DNA of 64,000 nucleotides from Spirochaetota bacterium (GTDB taxonomy: Bacteria; Spirochaetota; UBA4802; UBA5550), in NCBI GenBank assembly GCA_963664815.2, contig CAXXHB010000003.1, positions 1,568,001-1,632,000 on the forward strand, written 5' to 3'. A program made the position numbers and the translations under genes. Every line of letters begins with the position of its first letter. The stretch's first letter is position 1. A model generated the notes under the pieces. The model was not told the origin of the DNA, did not search any database, and was given only the letters and a program-made list of their open reading frames with translations. Below are positions 59,417 to 64,000 of the stretch, piece after piece.

Positions 59417-62400
59417 GTATGCAGAAAAACCACAGTAATAAAAGATTTTTACCATATATGCTTATTTCCGGATTACGTATACCTTATTTGAAGATTCTTC
59501 TGTTTATTTCTCTAATTATTGTTTTAATAACAATCTCTCTCTCTTTTGCTTTGAATTTTAAAGATTCAGAAATTCATGACGGCCGTATGTTTACAAAATA
59601 TTCAGACAGAAAAATTTTTAAGTTACAGGCTGACTCTACTGATAAAGTTTACTTTACATCGAGATCCGGAGGATTTATATATAATAAGCCGGCCGGGAGT
59701 CTGAAAGAATATAATATAGGATCCTCCGGGCACTTTGCGGTTCCGGTTAAATTTTTTAAAAGCAGCAACGGACTGTTTATTCTCTGCAGTGACGGTTCTG
59801 TGTATGATGCTGATAAGAATAGTTTTTTATTGAAACATCAACCTTTATTATCTTCAGATGGCGGAGGGAAGCTTCTGTACGAGGATAGTGAATATAGATA
59901 TGTACACCTTAAAGGGGGAGGGCTGGTTGTTCAGAATAAGGGGAACGGGAGTATAACCCCTATGGATATATCGCATTATATTAAACCTGAACGGCTGAAT
60001 TCTTCTTTTAATAAAGAAAAAGAATACTTAGGATCGATACTTTTCCCCGAGGATGGACTCCTTGCTTTCCAGATTGATAATAAAAGTCCGGGTATTTATA
60101 AAGACTTTAATTCTGAAATTATAAAAAAGCTGAATCTGATATCGCCTCTGCAGATGGATAAATATTATCCAGTTGGAGAGGTTGTCAGACAGTCATCAGT
60201 AAGGCATAATGTACGGGATATAACTGAATTGAATAAGGCTAAATCTTTTATTCAGTCTCTTGTATTCAGCGACTGCCAGGACGCCAGGATAAAAAAATTT
60301 ACAACAATTGATGATACTGTAGTAATTGCAGGGAGCAGCGGTATTAGTATTTTTGCGAAAAACGGTTCTTCTCTTGAAGACAGAAATCCTTATAAAAAAT
60401 TAAATCTTGATCTGTTTAAAGATGGTTTTAATTCCGCTGTTGAAGATTTTTCTCTTGATTATAAGAACTGTTCCGGAATTGCCAGGGTTTCAAACGATAT
60501 TCTTCTTTATAATCTGCCGGGTTCTAAAGGGTGGGAAAATCTTTTTTATAATTCTGAGTTTAAGGGACTTCCCGATACCCGTTTTGCATCCTATAGTAAG
60601 GAATCAGGTATTTTTACCGCTATTTCTGATAGATCTATAGGATTATATGATATTCATAAGAGAAAGTGGATTTCAGCTCCGGTAACATACAATTCTTCTG
60701 ATAATTCAAATAATAAGGATATACTGGTAAAGGATACAACAATTTATAAAAACAGAATTTATCTGATCTGCCGTAAGGGGAGTTCGACAAATTTTCTGTT
60801 TACCGCGGATCTTTCAGAGTTTTATAAGGCTCTTTCCGGAGAGGTATCTTTTTCAACAGCTACAAAGAGCTTTTCTCTTGAAGAGGATACAGTTGTTATC
60901 CCGGGGACAGAACCGGTTTTTATAGATAAGAGGTACGGATTTTACAGATGGAATAATAATATTCTCGGGAAAAGAGGATGTAAAGATGGAAGTGCAGATA
61001 TATGCGGCGGTGATCCCGGTCAAATAAAAGAGTGTTATGAAAAAGATGGTATCCTCTATCTTCTGACAACAAGAGGTTTTTTATTTTCCTATGATTCAGG
61101 GAAAAGATCTCTAACCATGATAGAGAATGATGTAATAAAGTTTCTAAATGAAAAAGCAGAGGTTTTTCAGACCAGAGATAAGGATCAGGATTATGTAAGT
61201 ATAAAGAGTGATGAAAAAGGGGAGAAAGGGAATAAATATATAAGGCATACTCTTCTCGGAAGGATAAATGACATCTTTACGGCTAATAATTTTTTATTTG
61301 CTCTTTCGGATAATTATCTCTGGCGGTATTCATTTGAGGAAAAGAAATTTCTTTTTTTCTTTAATCCGCTTCCGAAAGAGGTTAACAGGAACGGAATATT
61401 CTGTTCATCCGGAAAGAACCTTTTTATCTTTGACCCGGTAAACGGGAAGTTGTTCAGATATGATGCGGATCTTCGTTCATGGAGTGAACGTTCATACAAT
61501 ATCACTTTTGATGAAAAGTATATTATTAATTCAGTCAGGGACATATACGTGACCGATAAGGGGATTTTGTATGTATTAATGAGCGGTTCGATTAATGGGG
61601 AATCCTGTCATAGCATTGTTGTAAGTATAGATACAAATCTGGGGAAAGCGGATTTTATTTACAGAGGTAACAATATTGAGAAACTGCCGCGCGATATTGT
61701 CAGGGCTGTGAAGGAGGGGGACACTCTCCTTATACTTACTGCAGGTGGAAAATTAATGCTCTTCTCTTCCGGCATAGGATACTGGTATACATTGAAGGAT
61801 GAAAGAGTAAAGGATTTTGCATGTTCAGGAAGCAACCTTGCAGTCCTTTCTAATGAAGGAGTGCTTAATCTATATTATATAAAGTCTGGTACAGCAGTTT
61901 TTGTAAGTGCAATAAATAATGTGAACAGACTTTTTGACTTGAAGGGTGATGAAATTATTTTTGGAAAGGGAAATTCCATTGTTACAGGGAAATATACAGG
62001 AACGGAAATACAGGATAAAAAGATTTTATTCAGCGGCGGGATCAGAAGTGATAACCCAGATGAAATAACAGTATCGGCACTGAAAGGGGAGGAGGATAAG
62101 CTTTGGCATATAAACTGCGGTGAGGATAGATTTTACTATTACAATCTTTCTGCGGGGAATATTGAGCGGTGTGGAACCTCGTCTGTATATGATACAGAAA
62201 AATATAAATTTTTTGATGGAGGTTCTGCAGTTTACAGATTTGACGGGCGAAATATTGTTACAACATATATGTTTATTGATAATGCAGTAAAAAAGTCAAA
62301 AGAAATAAAGATTGAGAATTCACGTCATCTTTCATTCCTCTCATCAGCTGATTATAAACAGACCGGTTTTCTGAATATCAGGGGAGATCACGATAAAACC

Positions 62401-64000
62401 AGCGGCATTGATATCTACATGAATGTTATGGATTCACCGGAATTTAATCCTGCAGTTTCTATAGATACACCTGTACTTTCTGATTACGATGATACCCGTA
62501 CAGGATCTCTGATTGTATTTGACGGTTTTTTTAAACATAATCTGGAAACACTGCAGACACCGGAAAAGGAAGGCTATAATTCTATACTTATATTTCCTGG
62601 ACGGGAGATACTGATAAATCTTAAAACAATGCAGAGCTGTATGGTAGCCCTCAAGGATTCAATGTATAATGACAGAGGGAATATCGACTCTATTAAAAAT
62701 AAAGGAATCTTTCTGGTCAACGGATTTTATTATTACATTAATAAAGATGGATATATAGAAAAGTATAGTGGAGAGCTTAAGGGTGATTTTTTTTCAGTGA
62801 TTGTGATGCAGATAAGATCTTATTTTGCAAGACCTGATGATAAACTATGTTCAATGATACTCGGTTTTTACAGGGAGGTGCAGAAGAATTACCGCAGCAT
62901 AAAATTTTCTGCAGACAATAATACACCCGTGGTTTCAGCAGGAAATTATACCCTTAATATAAAAAGGTCCACGGATGGTTACAGAGTGAATTGGAGTGAA
63001 TCCATTGTAGATAACCCGAGGATTTTAAATTATGCCGGGAAGCAGAATGCTGCCGGGGGGTTGAATTCATTCTCTTTCGGCGAGATATCACGTACGCTGA
63101 CCGGATCAGATGAGGGCTTCAAGTTTTCATGTGATGTTCTGCGTGATCTGGTTACGGATGATCGCGGGTTAGTTGTTGATTCAGCCGGGGGATTCAGGCT
63201 GATTCCATATAATAACCTCTATTCCGTCATTGATGAGAAGAGCTTCTCGATGGATGACTTCAGAAAGATCAGGGAGGAGAAGCATAATTTTGAAAAATCT
63301 GCAATCAACAGATTTTTAACAGATTGGTTTGACAGAGATACTTTTATTAACAGGGCATATGCGGGTAGTTTTAAAGTAAATGGCGACAGGCCGGAATTAC
63401 GCATGGAAGGCCCGGATGAAAAAATAAAATCTGTTTATAAACTGACAGACAGAAGAAATGGATCTCTTCTTGATATAGTTAACAGCTACAGCAGCGGTAA
63501 TGTAACATCAGCAATAAAGTCAGATTACACGGATAGCCCATGGAATGGGAAATGTTTTTTTATAGATAACACTATGGCCATGACATTCAAGGGGGGGAGT
63601 ATTATTGCAAAGTTTCTCTCCCGCGAAAATAAAGAGAAATATATATATGCTGAAAATCCGGAAGCCGGGGTTTATGATCTCCCTGAATATTGTCTGTCCC
63701 TGCCTGTTTCGGAATCAGGAGGGAAGAGATTTTATTCAGACGATGGAGGGCTCTTTTTTATTGATGGAGGGATGAATAGAGTTTATGAAAAGAATATAAT
63801 CTGGAATATAGCAGATTATCCCAGGTTTGATATGTCTATAAACAAAAATCTGACTGACGGCAGGGTTGTATTTACCTGTTCAGGGAGAGAGATAAAGAAC
63901 GTTCTTAATGATTACCGTTTTTTTACAGATTCATTCATTGGCGGCGGTGTTTTTAGTTTTAATAACAGGGAGTATATTTATCTTGCAGGTAAAGATATGG
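59413..64000 (+). CDS. giant exported/anchored beta-rich protein (>1529 aa, runs off window; absent from ORF track)
   Basis: ATG overlaps the previous stop (ATGA). Manual translation of the first ~1 kb gives MSMQKNHSNKRF...KILLFISLIIVLITISLSFA with no stop. The ORF track reports no terminated ORF in this frame, consistent with an open frame to the end. Propeller-like strands such as GLFILCSDGSVYD, GILYLLTTRG and LLILTAGGKL. Confidence 0.85.
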   Translation, partial: MSMQKNHSNKRFLPYMLISGLRIPYLKILLFISLIIVLITISLSFALNFKDSEIHDGRMFTKYSDRKIFKLQADSTDKVYFTSRSGGFIYNKPAGSLKEYNIGSSGHFAVPVKFFKSSNGLFILCSDGSVYDADKNSFLLKHQPLLSSDGGGKLLYEDSEYRYVHLKGGGLVVQNKGNGSITPMDISHYIKPERLNSSFNKEKEYLGSILFPEDGLLAFQIDNKSPGIYKDFNSEIIKKLNLISPLQMDKYYPVGEVVRQSSVRHNVRDITELNKAKSFIQSLVFSDCQDARIKKFTTIDDTVVIAGSSGISIFAKNGSSLEDRNPYKKLNLDLFKDGFNSAVEDFSLDYKNCSGIARVSNDILLYNLPGSKGWENLFYNSEFKGLPDTRFASYSKESGIFTAISDRSIGLYDIHKRKWISAPVTYNSSDNSNNKDILVKDTTIYKNRIYLICRKGSSTNFLFTADLSEFYKALSGEVSFSTATKSFSLEEDTVVIPGTEPVFIDKRYGFYRWNNNILGKRGCKDGSADICGGDPGQIKECYEKDGILYLLTTRGFLFSYDSGKRSLTMIENDVIKFLNEKAEVFQTRDKDQDYVSIKSDEKGEKGNKYIRHTLLGRINDIFTANNFLFALSDNYLWRYSFEEKKFLFFFNPLPKEVNRNGIFCSSGKNLFIFDPVNGKLFRYDADLRSWSERSYNITFDEKYIINSVRDIYVTDKGILYVLMSGSINGESCHSIVVSIDTNLGKADFIYRGNNIEKLPRDIVRAVKEGDTLLILTAGGKLMLFSSGIGYWYTLKDERVKDFACSGSNLAVLSNEGVLNLYYIKSGTAVFVSAINNVNRLFDLKGDEIIFGKGNSIVTGKYTGTEIQDKKILFSGGIRSDNPDEITVSALKGEEDKLWHINCGEDRFYYYNLSAGNIERCGTSSVYDTEKYKFFDGGSAVYRFDGRNIVTTYMFIDNAVKKSKEIKIENSRHLSFLSSADYKQTGFLNIRGDHDKTSGIDIYMNVMDSPEFNPAVSIDTPVLSDYDDTRTGSLIVFDGFFKHNLETLQTPEKEGYNSILIFPGREILINLKTMQSCMVALKDSMYNDRGNIDSIKNKGIFLVNGFYYYINKDGYIEKYSGELKGDFFSVIVMQIRSYFARPDDKLCSMILGFYREVQKNYRSIKFSADNNTPVVSAGNYTLNIKRSTDGYRVNWSESIVDNPRILNYAGKQNAAGGLNSFSFGEISRTLTGSDEGFKFSCDVLRDLVTDDRGLVVDSAGGFRLIPYNNLYSVIDEKSFSMDDFRKIREEKHNFEKSAINRFLTDWFDRDTFINRAYAGSFKVNGDRPELRMEGPDEKIKSVYKLTDRRNGSLLDIVNSYSSGNVTSAIKSDYTDSPWNGKCFFIDNTMAMTFKGGSIIAKFLSRENKEKYIYAENPEAGVYDLPEYCLSLPVSESGGKRFYSDDGGLFFIDGGMNRVYEKNIIWNIADYPRFDMSINKNLTDGRVVFTCSGREIKNVLNDYRFFTDSFIGGGVFSFNNREYIYLAGKDM

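Noticed and set aside
324-63404. Numerous 60-150 aa antisense or alternate-frame ORFs (e.g. 324-692, 15423-15836, 18076-18531, 47526-47990, 60407-60640, 63219-63404)
   Set aside because: Shadow ORFs lying within well-supported genes, with no recognisable motifs.
1-64000. tRNA, rRNA or riboswitch genes
   Set aside because: None recognised by eye; an Infernal or tRNAscan run would be needed to exclude small structured RNAs in the AT-rich intergenic gaps.

Overview
AT-rich bacterial chromosomal window. The gene content (PPDK, buk/ptb, flgG-flgA-flgH-flgI-flgJ, REC-PAS-HisKA_2 kinase, lipoproteins) fits an anaerobic, possibly Spirochaetota-like organism; the taxonomy is inference only. 1-24.8 kb is mostly core genes: ppdK, pgk, tatC, the flagellar rod/ring operon, a selenium-utilisation-type cluster, buk/ptb, an acetyl-CoA hydrolase and an unlisted tatA. 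It also holds a small basic ORF resembling an ArfA-type ribosome-rescue factor, with an intrinsic terminator inside its coding sequence. 25-39.8 kb is an accessory patchwork of secreted proteins (three share an unnamed 'TFPM' domain), regulators, gene remnants and small palindromic repeats. An inactivated IS701-like element (39.8-41.1 kb) precedes the most notable feature, a tightly packed, single-strand operon of 13 genes running from 41.3 kb past the window end (>22 kb). It encodes a divergent ECF-like sigma factor, a candidate anti-sigma, a CHAT(caspase-like)-pseudokinase-inactive AAA fusion, a Ycf46-like AAA, a classical AAA, a MoxR/RavA ATPase, several unknown proteins, a membrane protein and a giant (>1500 aa) beta-rich exported protein missing from the ORF track. 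It resembles a derived MoxR/FtsH-type 'ternary' NTP-dependent conflict system coupled to a protease/sigma module. All family assignments come from motif recognition by eye; no searches were run.
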